Origin: Paraspadella gotoi
Taxonomy: Eukaryota; Animalia; Chaetognatha
DNA length: 64,000 nt
Assembly: GCA_051294375.1 (NCBI GenBank)
Contig: CM119269.1
Location: 21,375,665-21,439,664, forward strand
Reading direction: 5' to 3'
Each line of letters opens with the position of its first letter. Positions within the stretch are counted from its first letter, which is position 1. Shown here piece after piece: positions 13,062 to 25,700 of this stretch. The notes beneath the pieces were generated by a model, which was given only the letters and a program-made list of their open reading frames with translations, was not told the DNA's origin and did not search any database. Made by a program: the position numbers and the translations under genes.

Positions 13062-14639
13062 GCCTCACCCTGATGCCAGAACCAAGCTTGCTTGTCCTCC
13101 AACCAATTCTGTTGAGGACCAATCACGGACCCAGGTCGACAAATGCGAATCCAAGCGATCGCTTCGGCCGCTGTGAATCTGTGAATGAATGAAAAGATGA
13201 ATGAATGTATAAATGAATGAATGTTTTAATGAATGAATGAAGGAATGTTTTATTGAATGAATGAATTAATGAATGAATGTATAAATGAATGAATGTTTTA
13301 ATGAATGAATGAAGGAATGTTTTATTGAATGAAGGAATGTTTTATTGAATGAATGAATGTATGAATGAATGAATGAACGAACTTACAAACTATATACATT
13401 AATTAAAAGTTTTGCAAAATCGAACTAACCTGTAATGCTTCATGATGTAACACGCGATGAGAGTCCCCGTTCTTCCCAAACCGGCCTTACAGTGAACCGC
13501 TATGGCGCCGTCCGCTGTTTCGGCGACTTCGACGAATCGCTCGGCTACTGGCATCGGTGGAGCGCTCCCGTCCGGGAAAAAGAGTTCGTGGTGATCGAAG
13601 CCTTAAGATAGACATAAACAAAAGGGCAATCGAGTTGATTGATTGATTGATTATTTTAAAAGAAGAAAAAGTCGGATGGATTGATTGATTCTTTCAAATA
13701 ACGGTTTCAATGATCTTGCGGCCTTGTGTGTACAAAGCAGTTGCGTTTTAGGGTTCACTGAAGAGACGCAACAGACTTCTCCCTATGGGTGGGGGGGGGA
13801 TGTATGGTGGACTAAAATCCACCAACCGTTCATCAGCGGCCATTGGTGCCGGAGGCAAGTCATTTGCCTCCCAACCCAAAGGTCCGGGGTTCTAGCCCGG
13901 TGGCAGCCTAGCAGTTAAGAGGGACGGGGCGCTTAACCCGCCTGTAACACGGTGTTTCAGCCTGATCCGAAGCTCAGGGACTACTTGTATTGAACGGTTC
14001 TATCACTAACTCATAACAATATTTACTGTCTCTTCAACTGACTCTTTTATTAATGAAAAAAATCAACTAATCACCTGATTGATTATTTAATGGAATATCT
14101 GATTGAATAATCAAAACGATTAATTTACAAACGGAGAGTCTGATGGATTGATTGATTGATTAATTATTTCAATCACCGCCCTGGACAAATCTTTTGGCCT
14201 TGTACCTAAGTTTACACTCTTGATTGATTAATTGATTTTTTTGAGAGGATATTTGATTGACTGACCCCTCATCGGATTTATTGTTTGTTTGGTTCAATGA
14301 CTGATTGATTGATAGGTCATACCACCATCGACGAATCTCTTTGACTCGTACATCCGTTTATTCAACCGGACAATCGTCGTCACGTTTTTCCGCCGGAAAT
14401 AAGAGAAGTAGGCTTCCGGAGCGTGAAGGGGGTAGCCTGATCGTGGGGTGTGGAAGGGAAAGTCGAAGAAAGGGGAGAGGGCGATGTGAAATGGAGTTAA
14501 AAATCGACAAAAATATTCATTGTTAAAAAAAATATTCAAAGACTATAAAAAATTTTAACTTGGCAAAAATTTCTTATCAAATTAACAGGTCCGTTTCAAA
14601 AATAATGATCTATGGCGAACAGAAATGAAGTTTGAAAAG

Positions 14640-14675
<36 letters not shown>

Positions 14676-17077
14676 TCTCGATCCTGCTCTTGGAGTGTGG
14701 TCCGCTGAAGGCGACGAACTTCTCAGGGACGATCCAATTAAGATCCCCATTCTCCACGCGCTCGAAATGCTCGTACTCTTCAGAGTCGAAGTGGCTGAAG
14801 GTCGAAGGGGTTGACATGACATAGGATGACATGAGTTGACATATGACAATAATTTAAGTTAATGGGAATGGAAGCGACATGACGAAAGATCAGATAAAAT
14901 TGACAAAAACGGAAAATGACAATCATAAACAACGACGATGACAACGTTGATGACGACTGTACAATGTCAAAAATAGCAACTGACATGAGATAACTATGAC
15001 AACGCGGCTGACATGGATCAGGGAAAACTAAAATGATTCTGATGATGCCAACAAAGATGCCATTTGAACCAAAACGACTTCACCCACTTAAAGTCGACGA
15101 AGGAATTGGCGACGGCCTTGTTGAGCCCGTGGAGACAATCGAGTAGAGTCAAGTTAAAAGTGGAGACGCCGACCGAGGCGTCTCTGGGTTAAATCCAGGT
15201 GAGGGAAAGAAAAGGTAAGGAAAATCAAAACCGGTTAGAGATAATAAGCGAATTTGTATCAATGCCAAATCAGCAGCAAAATGTCGTAAACATGTAATTT
15301 AATATACATTTATATAATATATATTACACACTTCTTAGGAAATTTACATACAAAATGCTCCTAAATACGTAGCTAAAATGCTAATTATTTATCCTTATAT
15401 TTAGAATTTTTTTTAGACATGATGTGATAATCCTTTCTTTTTTAATAATCATTTTTCTACATATGAAATTGGTACAACCAATATAAAAATTATCCATTCA
15501 TTTAATAAATAAGCTATCTTGCCCTGACTTTGGACAGGCTTTGGTGGTTTAAGGCCTCCATCACTCTTACAAGATAATGACATAGCAGGTCCCTGCAAGC
15601 TTTCAATCAAGACTCTCTCACAGTCTCGTTTATTCACTCCCAGAGTACTGGCTTCCCTATCAATGAAGTGGAAAATATTTCAAAGAATGTTTCAATTGTA
15701 TGAAAAGACCACTCCCTTAAGTATTAGATCGGGGAATACTTATTGTACTCCGCACTAGCATCAAAATACATATATAATAGAACGTTACCATGATAGCACA
15801 TAACACATAGCACATAATATCACATTTACAAAAACAAATATTTAGAAACAAAATAACAAATATTGTTCTATCTTTCCCGACATCATTCCATTCAGCTCTA
15901 CCCCCCCCCTATCTCCCCCGCCATTGCTCCACCTAAAAGGCGGGAAAGGTTCCGTCGCCTTGGCAACCAACGCCTTGTAGGTCTCTTCCGGCGTTCGACC
16001 CAATTGCACGACGCAGAAGGCAGCAACGAGAAAGGCTGCGTTGCTTCTTTTCTTGACGTCGCTTCCGGTCACGTGGACGACTCGTTTGTGCGCAGTTGAG
16101 GAAGAGCGCAACTTTTTGGAGACTTTGCAAAAGTAGCGATGCAGAAGGCAAACGTTGAGAGGGCCAAAGTCTGGAGATATGGTGGGGGGGAAAGATGACA
16201 CGAATGGTTATGAAATTGAGATATTTTTAATACTTTAATTAATACTCTAATTAATACTATTTCGTATTCTTGCGTATGAGTATTTTCGCTGCTGATTCAC
16301 GCAAGAACGCGAGACAGGGGGTCTAACCCACTTAGTGGTTGAAGGTGCTACTGTCAGATCCGAAGCTCAAAATCTGATGAACGACGCAGGTTGACCACGT
16401 GCGAGACCACAAGTGGATCACAAGCAGACTACCAGTAGACCACGAGATGACCACAAGCAGACTACGAGTGGATCACTAGGAGAGGACGAAATGAACCACT
16501 GACGAATCACAAGCCCCTTTCCTCTTTCGGACCTGCGTAGAAAGGCTCGTAGACGAAATCCTCGTCCGTAGAAAAGAAATGAGTGGACGCTGACGGACGA
16601 GGTTTTTTCGATCGCAGACACAAAAAGAAAAATCGCTCCTTGATGATTTCTGAGAAATACAGTCATTTATAAATAATTATTAAATATCTATATTTTAAAT
16701 TAATAATTTATGTTAAGAACATTACGAACTGAAATGGAAAACGTTTCTTTTTTTTTAATTCGCTATCATCGTTCGTCCTCTTCGTTGTCCTCTTTATTTT
16801 GCGTCTGTTTTTATGAGTCGTCGTTTTCTGTCGTAATTACAACTGAACTTATGACTTACCTTTACAAACTTACCTTTACAAACTTACCTTTACAAACTCG
16901 CGTACTAACTCGAACTCGCTCATTAACTAACTTTTTGACCAAACTCGCTCACACACTGACCTCACTATTTGACTCACCAACTCCCATCGACAGATCGACG
17001 TCGTCGTTGAAACTCGATCTCATTTCGCTCAACGATCCATTTTCGTCGCAGCGTAAAAAATTATTTATCATCGACAT
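7908..17077 (-). CDS. CDC14: Cdc14 family dual-specificity protein phosphatase, 12 coding exons, 688 or 727 aa depending on the exon-10 donor
   Basis: Phase-consistent GT-AG exons: 17077-16978, 16649-16533, 16170-15933, 15183-15088, 14794-14673, 14436-14323, 13601-13430, 13178-13069, 10412-10013, 9414-9356 (or 9239), 8644-8326, 8127-7908. Cdc14 motifs: [39 protein letters not shown], catalytic [36 protein letters not shown] overlaps the stop. The low-complexity C-terminal exons are less certain than the catalytic ones. Confidence 0.96.
12540..12875. repeat. Degenerate ~47-bp tandem repeat (aaaacaccggaaaacaactttttctatataaaagaagag)
   Basis: About 7 imperfect units; a related array lies in reverse at 52570-52860. 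Confidence 0.7.
13803..14036 (+). mobile_element. ~233-bp tRNA-core element (copy 2), in a Cdc14 intron
   Basis: Same ends and body as the other two copies; B-box-like GGTTCTAGCCC. Confidence 0.8.
15461..15770 (+). mobile_element. Dispersed ~240-300-bp repeat family (retroposon-like)
   Basis: Other copies at 23938-24250, 27478-27788, 48045-48280 (reverse, abutting (TACA)n), 43365-43558 and 42765-42835 (reverse, diverged) and 59240-59470 (diverged); shared end ATGAAATTGGTAC. Confidence 0.8.
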
Positions 17078-17286
17078 TTTTAATTTTTAATTTTTAATTT
17101 TTAATTCCTTTTTTTTTGGTCATTTAGAAACTTTAAGATCTCCGGTATGAGATTAGTAACGTTTTTCTAGTTTTGGTTTGTTTGTTCAGTCTTAATATTA
17201 AATCCTCCATTTTCTTTTTAATTAGCAAAAAAAAATATTACAACTTTTTTTTGGTAACTCAGAAAAGGAAGCGTAGTCAAGTGGTT

Positions 17287-17520
17287 CATATATACGCCTG
17301 TCGAAAAAAAAGTTTGTTGGCTTTCCTCTGATTGGACAAGAATTTTGGTTTTAATACGAATCGGCGACTCTCATTAGTCGAAAAAAATTATTGTCGTCAC
17401 ACAGTTTTTTTCTTAAGAAATAACGCGCCCTGATTGGTTCTTCTATTCGGCTGGTCGTCAGGTTTAATTTCAATTTTTTTTACTAATAGCAAGTTTTGAG
17501 ACGACGTTCTGATTGGCCCA
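17287..17520 (-). promoter_or_regulatory. Probable Cdc14 promoter with three CCAAT (NF-Y) boxes
   Basis: CCAATCA on the gene strand with cores at 17331-17335, 17433-17437 and 17512-17516, about 250-440 bp upstream of the ATG; TATA-like tract near 17290. Confidence 0.5.
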
Positions 17521-18949
17521 TGGAATTATTATTAGTTATTAGTATTTGAGAGTGTACTTAAATACTGTAAAAATTTAAAAGAACAAGTTGGAATTGTCAC
17601 AAAATTTTTTTAAGCTTCACGGATAAATGGAAAAAATAGGTAAAAATATCCTGAAACAGAATTTAGCTATCAAACTCATTCTGTTTTAACCCTTAGTATA
17701 CCTTTAGTATCATTCTAAAATTTATATTTATAATTTTATATTGCTTTAGTTTTTTCCCTACTCCTTATACCAATGGTTCCAGAGGTTGACTTATTAAAAA
17801 AAATTTGTCTGATACAACCGGTTCTGTATTAGACAAATAGCTAAGACTGGTTCGTAATTTACTAGTGATAAATATGATAATAGAATAAAAACACTTTTAC
17901 AAGAACTACCAATACTTTTGTAATAATTAATGTGGGATTCGAACGTCTACAGCCGGCTCCAACAAGTTGGCACCGCGTTCCTCGAGTCAACCTCCCCAAC
18001 AGCCTCGCCACATCCACGCACGTCTTCGTCATAATCATAATCATAATCATGTTAAGACAAAACAACATTATGTTTACTATATTGATGCTAGAGTAGACTA
18101 GCAGAAGTTTTATGGTTCCTCTTTTAGAACCTTACCAATGTTATTCCTTTATTCACTCAAAAAGAATCTTCTTTACCAAGTGGATCTACATCTCCATATT
18201 GTTAATATTTATTTCCTTGTTAACGTTCATTAATTGTTATTATTGATATTTATTGATTGATATTATTGCTGGTTATTGCCAAAGCTTTTAAGTTCATTCA
18301 ATTTGTTTAAAGTACTAATTTTAACCGTGAACAAATTAAGAACTTTGTTCTAGAACATTTTTATTGAACCAAGTGGTTCTGACGAGCTGTTGCCGTCTGA
18401 AGGAAGTTGGCGATTCGCCACATTAATCTTTATTTGGTAAGAGAGAGGAAACAATTACCAATCAGATTATTTGCCAAGAAATCCTCAGGCTCAACAACGC
18501 GAGTATCATTTTGTTAATACTAGTTATACAAAGAACCGCTAGGTCACCAAAGTTTGTTGCCTTTTGTTTTTTTTCTCGTCGTGTAGAGCATTGCCATTGG
18601 GGAACATAAATTTTATTTGAGTGAACAAACAAGGATATTTAGACGTGAGATAGTATGATTATTTTGACAATAAATTGGTTAAAAATAGAAAAAACCTTAA
18701 AATATCATCATCATCATCATCATTGGCTGAATTTTATAGTTTTTTTCAAATTTTCGTTAATAAAACAACAAATTTTTAAAAAGTTGTATTAATAACCTTT
18801 ATCTAACTTTTAAAGCTCTATCAGAATCTATTAAAAAGATTTTAAAATTAAAAAAAATCTTTAACTCTATATAGTAATAAAATAATATTTAAATGCTTCC
18901 GTGCGCTTATTAATAAGTGTAGCTGTAGTATTTCATACCCTGCTACTCG

Positions 18950-19085
18950 TCCGAGAATCAGCAGCACCTATGACGCCGCAGGTAGCACGAGCTACTCCCA
19001 ACCCAAAGGACTCGGGTTCGCTCCCTGCTGATTCATACAAATAAAAGCGGGACGGGCCGTCTAACATACATGCAGTGACGGACTA
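18950..19085 (+). mobile_element. Diverged relative of the tRNA-core element family
   Basis: Shares ctcccaacccaaagg...gggttc...gggacggg; bracketed by the inverted repeat gaatcagcag/ctgctgattc. Confidence 0.45.
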
Positions 19086-20344
19086 CAACGTCAAAAATGT
19101 AAAAAAATAGGTCAAATTCTCCACTTTTTCACACTTTGTAGTAGAAACTATTATATGATGAAGCGTTTTGGTCATTTTTCGCAGCTTTAACCTAAAAATA
19201 TCATGTAACATTTTTTAAAAAAGTTTTTTAGTTTTTTCCGGGGAATCCGAAACTGATATTAAAATTAAAAATAAAAAAATATGATTTAGAAATTTTATGA
19301 TTTTATAAGGATATTACTATAAAGAAATTCAATTAATGATACTGTTATGATACTATTATGATACTATTATTTTTGAAAAATAGCTTAATTATTTTTTATT
19401 ACATATACAAAGGCAGCCAAAAAATATTGTTCCATCGCTCAATCTTTTCATCACTCCACCCTAGTGTACAATGTACATTGTACATAATTGGTAGAAATAT
19501 CTAAAAAAAAGGAATTTTGCATTTTGCGTTTAATTTACTGTCAGTGGCAATTACTGTCATTTGGGAGTCTCTCCCTCAGATACTTCTTCTTGACTCTATT
19601 GTTCATTTTAGTTTTAAACCTAGGGAGCATTTTTCTCAGTTTTAACTATCACAACACATCCAAATAAACATAAAAATAGATCCAGTTTGTCTTTTTCTTT
19701 TCAAATCCAGACGGCAATTGCTCAGCCAAGGAATCGGGGCAGATGCTCTCTCTTCAAATTCCGAGGAAAAAAATTCAAGATTATCTGATTTCGCATGCGA
19801 ACGAGAGAAAAACTTTTTTGAAGGGGAAATATTCTTTGTAAAGAGTAGGGGGCTAGTATAAAATTAAAGAATTAATAATTGATAATGACAAAATCAATAA
19901 TCTAGTTTACGAAGAAACTTTTCTTAGCAATAGAAATAAAAACTTAAAAAGTACATTTTTTGAAGGGAAAGCGAGAAACCAAAAATAATTGATGGGCAAA
20001 ATTGTTTAGTTAGATATTTAAATGGCTATAGTAGATTGATTAATTATACATTTTGAATTCGAAAAAAATCGTAATTCAATTTATGTCAAAATCCTTTTCT
20101 GAATCTGACTGTTATCTTTTGTAATAGAATGACATGGGGGCTAAGAGTGCAATTGATCTAAAGAAATATTTCACGTTTGCAAAATTTTACTAAACATTTT
20201 ATTACATTTAAATATTCTTACGTCAATATATTTTTAAAAATAGGAAATAAAAAAGACAAAATATTTAAATCTCTGCATTTCTTACTCCACTTTGGCAACG
20301 AAGACAACGACGATGACGACGACGATGAAAACAAAGACGATGAC

Positions 20345-20376
<32 letters not shown>

Positions 20377-20480
20377 AGCTTTCACAGTTTTTCTTTTCCT
20401 CAGTTTATCTCCGAAACTCTTTATTCCATCAGACATTTCTTGAAAATCAAAGTGGAAAGGATTCAAGCACGAGTTGAAAG

Positions 20481-20544
<64 letters not shown>

Positions 20545-20994
20545 CAAAGTGAATTATAGAGTCGGGATCCGACTAAAAATTTAAAAAGCCCAATTAAGTA
20601 ATTTATGCTTTTATTTCAAAAGTGGGTTTCTAAATGGTCTTTGTATTGCACCATTAGTCAAGGCTGAAAAGTAAGAGGAAAACAAAAAACTGCTGGATTT
20701 ATTAAGCAATTTGAAAGAATTGTAATAGCCTCTAATACATGACGAAAAATAATTAATCAAAACAGTAAGTCTTTGAATTATAATACTAGAAAATCTATAA
20801 AGATAGAATAATGAAAGAAGTAATTTAACAATTTTTATTGTTTTTGAAAATTTCATTTCGTTACCTTTTTACAGTTCGTGAACTTATCCACTGCCTTACC
20901 CGGGGCTAAGACCTACCCGGGGCTTAGCCAGACCCGCGTGCAAGAGCCTTTCAAGATCTGACTATCAAGGGGATTACCCTAATCTCGATTGCTT

Positions 20995-21109
<115 letters not shown>

Positions 21110-21505
21110 TTTCAAGATAAACTTAGGGATGAGGTTCTCCTCTAAAATCTAGTTGTCTTCACAGTCTCTCCTTTGTTCTTGCAAAGCAAATAGTAGCACC
21201 CGAATTAGAACAACAACAAGAACGACAATAACTACAACAACAACAAAAACAAAGCGTAAAAAACAATGAGCACAAGCGAGAAAGAAAAATTGTCATTTAA
21301 TTAACCTACTATTAGGTTTTTACAACATTAGGTTATATAAAGATATGTAATTAGAAACTAAAGAATACCAGGATGGTTAAGTTTTTCTCTCCGTGACGCT
21401 TTAAGCGTTTTACGTTTTACGCCAGGCAATATCACGCTGTGCCACGCTTCACAGTTCCGTGCCAGGTGGCGATACAGTTCTTCCTTCGTCACGCCCCCCT
21501 CCTCA

Positions 21506-23185
21506 TCACACCGGCTTGGCCATTTCCGCCGCCGTGACCGCCAGATCCTTGACCGCCTCCATCTCTTCTCTCTCTACTTCTCTCATCGTCACAACACCAT
21601 CTTTAGTCACGTTGACGCCGACGGCGTATTTGTTGACCGCCGACTTCGCCATCCGTCTCGTCGCCGCCCGAGGATCGCAGCAGGAGGAGCGTCCGCCGCA
21701 CCAGCCGCAACAGGCGCAGCAGCAAACGTAGTTGCAGCAGACTTTGAGCGGATAGCAGCAGCATTGGGTTCGCCAGAGGAGGAGGAGGAAGAGGAGGAGG
21801 AGGAGGAAGTAAACGGTGACGCGAGCGACGAGGGAGAAGATTTTGACGGAAGAGGAATCGTGGTAAGTGGGGACCTTTAAGAGGAATCGTGGTAAGTGGG
21901 GACCTTTAAGAGGAATTGTGGTAAGCGGGGAACTTTATGAGGAATCGTGGTAAGTGGGGACCTTTAAGAGGAATTATGGTAAGTGGGGAACTTTATAGGA
22001 ATTGTGGTATGTGGGGAACTTTAAGAGGAATCGNNNNNNNNNNNNNNNNNNNNNNNNNCAGGAATCGTGGTTAGTGTGGACCTTTAAGAGGAATCATGGT
22101 AGGTGGGAACCTTTAAGAGGAATTGTGGTAAGTGGGGAACTTTAATAGGAATCGTGGTAGGTGGGAACCTTTAAGAGGAATTGTGGTAAGTGGGGACCTT
22201 TAAAAGGAATTGTGGTAAGTGGGGACCTTTAAGAGGAATGTGGTAAGTGGGCGAACTTCAAGAGGAACGTCGGTTAGGTGGGAACCTTTAAGAGAAATCG
22301 TGGTAAGTCGGGACCTTTAAGAGGAATTGTGGTAGTTGGGACCTTTAAGAGGAATCGTGGTAGGTGGGAACCTTTAGAGAGAATGTGGTAAGTGGGGAAC
22401 TTTAAAATGAATTGTGGTAAGTGGGGACCTTTAAGAGGATCGTGGTAAGTGGGGAACTTTAAAAGGAATGTGGTAAGTGGGACCTTTAAGAGAAATTGTG
22501 GTAGGTGGGGACTTTAAGAGGAATCGTGGTTAGTGGGGACCTTTAAGAGGAATCGTGGTAAGTGGGGAACTTTAAAAGGAGATTGTGGTAAGTGGGGACC
22601 TTTAAGAGGAATCGTTGTTAGTAGGGGAACTTTAAAATGAATTGTGGTAAGTGGGGACACTTTTAAGAGGAATCGGTGGTTAGGTGGGAACCTTTAAGAG
22701 GAATCGTGGTAAGTGGGAACTTTAAAAATGAATTGTGGGTAAGTGGGGACCTTTAAGAGGAATCGTGGTTAAGTGGGGAACTTTAAAAGAATTGTGGTAA
22801 GTGGGGACCTTTAAGAGAAATTGTGGTAGGTGGGGACCTTTAAGAGGAATCATGGTTAGTGGGGACCTTTAAGAGGAATCGTGGTAAGTGGGGAACTTTA
22901 AAAGGAATTGTGGAAGTGGGGACCTTTAAGAGGAATCGCTTGTTAGTGGGGACCTTTAAGAGGAATCGTGTAAGAATGGGGGAACTTTAAAAGGATTGTG
23001 GTAAGTGGGACCTTTAAGAGGAATCGTGGTTAGGGAACCTTTACGAGGAATTGTGGTTAGTGGGGACCTTTAAGAGGAATCGTGGTAAATCGGGACCTTT
23101 AAGAGGAATTGGGTAGGTGGGAACCTTTAAGAGGAATCGTGGGTAAGTGGTAAGTGGTAACCGTCTCTCTCTCTCTCTCTCTCTC

Positions 23186-23231
<46 letters not shown>

Positions 23232-23681
23232 CCTCATGCTATCTCTTTCTGTCTGCTGTATGTTTCTGTCTATCTGTCTTTCTTGCTTTGTTTATCTTCT
23301 TCTCTTTTTTTCTTTCTTTCTTTCTCTCTCTCTTTCCATCTTTCTCTCACTATCTTTTCTTGTGTCTGTCGGATTGGTCTTTCTATCTCTCTTTCATCAC
23401 GACAATCAACTACAACAAACTCCAACAACGACGACTCTTCCACGACGAAATCGCGTCGTCGCTCGGCGGCGCCATCTGTCCAACTCGGCGCCGGTAGAAG
23501 ACTTTCCACGCCGCTCGTGGAGGACGTTGAGGTCCGACGGAAGGAGCGTTTCTCGTTGACGCGGACTGGCGCGCGGTGGGCGTGGCTGAAGTTGGCGAGC
23601 CGGAAGTGAGCGTGGCGGCGTCAGTGGGGCAGTCGAAGCGGCGATCGAGACGACGACGACGAAACCGAAAAATCGAAGCAT
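21506..23681 (-). CDS. Orphan ~204-aa type-I membrane protein: signal peptide, short ectodomain, TM helix, cysteine-string cytoplasmic tail
   Basis: Exon 2 (21874-21506, 123 codons with stop) reads VPTYHDSSSVKIFSLVARVTVYFLLLLFLLLLWRTQCCCYPLKVCCNYVCCCACCGWCGGRSSCCDP...AEMAKPV*. Exon 1 (23681-~23436 in this error-rich copy; clean at 27225-26980) reads MLRFFGFVVVVSIAASTAPL...VNETLLP...DFVVEE with a phase-0 donor. TATAAAA lies upstream. The donor (GAG|GTCGTC) is weak. Confidence 0.62.
21851..23157. repeat. 29-bp minisatellite array (AAGAGGAATCGTGGTAAGTGGGGACCTTT)n, roughly 45 units, with a 25-N gap
   Basis: Unit starts at 21851, 21880 and 21909 give a period of 29; the terminal unit overlaps the exon-2 acceptor of the membrane-protein gene. 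Confidence 0.95.
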
Positions 23682-25700
23682 CGATCGTCGTTGTTGGTTG
23701 TCGAAGTTGTTGTTGTTGTTGTTGTTGCAGTCAACCGCAGAAAACTATTTTATAGCCTAAATAGAATATAGTCAAAAACTAGGATGACTACACGGTGAAC
23801 TAACTCATTGATACATCGCGAATCGCTCTGAGATTTCTTCTTTAACTTTAAAGGGAATTTCAATGGAGGAAAACAAAGAGAAAGTTATAAGCGGAACTCA
23901 TGAGTAACTAGGAAATGATTTCTTGTAAATAATTTTAATGAAATTGTTACAACCAATATAAAAATTATCCATTCATTAATAAATAAGCTATCTTGCTACT
24001 GACTTTGGACAAGCTTTGGTGCGTTTAAGGCCTCCATCACTCTTACAAGATAATGACATAGCAGTTCACTGCAAGATTTCAATCAAGACTCTCTCACAGT
24101 CTCGTTTATTCACTCCCAGAGTACCTGGCTCCCTATCAATGAAGTGGTATAATATTTCAAAGAATGTTCAATTGTATGAAAAAGACCACTCCCTTAAGGT
24201 ATTAGATCGCGGGAATATTATAATTGTACTACGCCCAGCATCAAAATACACAAGGAGCTGAATTTTGTGAATTTTTGTACAACTTTCGCGTTGGCACAAT
24301 ATGAATCTGACTGAAGGCATGTAGCGGGCATATCTTGCTCCGGTTTAAAAAAAAACCTCTTCGAAATGCGACGACCCGGTGTCTAATTAATTAATTTCTT
24401 TAAGCTCGTGACCAGAAGTAGCATACCAGAAGTTAGCATACCTCAAAGAGTGTCCTACTTTTAGCTATGGTTATAAACCAGGACCCGTTCACCGTAGAGA
24501 GGATACGGATAGTCTTAATTTACATAAAATTATCATACTTAAATAAAATAAACCAAATAACCATCGTATAAATAAACGATAACATAAGAATATATGTAAA
24601 TGAAAATTACTAGTTAATGAATTCTCTAATGGATGTCGGATGGCCGATGGTCGAAGAATCGTTAATACCCGCATCTTTTTTTTTCTCTTTTTTGTTTTCT
24701 TTCGATAAAAAAAAAAGAAAAAAGGGTTTTCGACCGCCAAAAGAAACATTTTCTCAAAATTAACCCACTTCTTTTCTCTCTCTCTTTTTGACTGGATTTT
24801 TCCTTCTGGAGGTTTGTCTTGTTATCGGTCGTCGATCGTCTTTCGTTCGTCTTGTCTTATTTCCCACTGTCGGCGTTCGTCGTCGTCGTCGTCGTCGTCT
24901 TCCTTAACGTACGCTTGTTGTTGTCGTCGCGATCCGTCTTCTTTTTCGTTGCTCGTTCGTAAGTCTCGTCTTCGTCAGCCTGTCATCTATTGTTATTGTC
25001 ATCATCCGTCTTTGTCTTCCGTTGTCAGTGGTTCATCTCTTGTCGATCACGTTAGTTCTTAAATTCCCTTTGTGTTTGTGTCATTATCTTCGTGGATGCG
25101 TGATAGCGACTGTTGCGCACCTCATTTTCTATTTTTAGGGTTGGTGATTTTATGTTCTTCTTCTCTGTTCAATCGTCTCTCTCATACATCGTCTCTCAGC
25201 TCGCTCCTCACTTCTCGTCTCTCTCTCTTCTCTCTCTCTCCTCTCTCCTCTCTTCTGTACATAAGAAGAAAATTCATAACCTGACAGATTTTTTAAATTC
25301 TATTTCCCAATTTTAAAGCGACGAGTACGAGAGATAAAATCGAGATTAAGCCAAACGGGTCTTTAAAGTAGGATACATGATTGATTTTATCTTGATCAGT
25401 CTTTCCAACACAGACGAAGGCGAACCAAGGAAGAAATTAAGTCCTCGCATTTGCTCTCCTCCCTCACGTCTGCCCGAAGCAGCTGGACGAGAGAGAGAGT
25501 AGAGCAAGAGAGAGAGAGAGAGAGAGAATGAGAGAAGAGAGAAGAGAGATGAGCGAGAGGAGAGAGAGAGAGCAGAGAGAGAGAGAGAGAGAGAGAATTT
25601 TCTCTATTTTTTGTCTATTTTTAGTTTAAAAAAACAAAAATTATTTTTAATGAGTTCAATGTTAGTTGTTTCTTTACTCTCTCTCTCTCATTCTCTCTCT

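Noticed and set aside
17930-18020. tRNA gene on the minus strand (GTTCGAATCCC B-box); a similar weak motif at 11760-11822
   Set aside because: Acceptor and D stems do not pair; degenerate SINE heads rather than tRNA genes.
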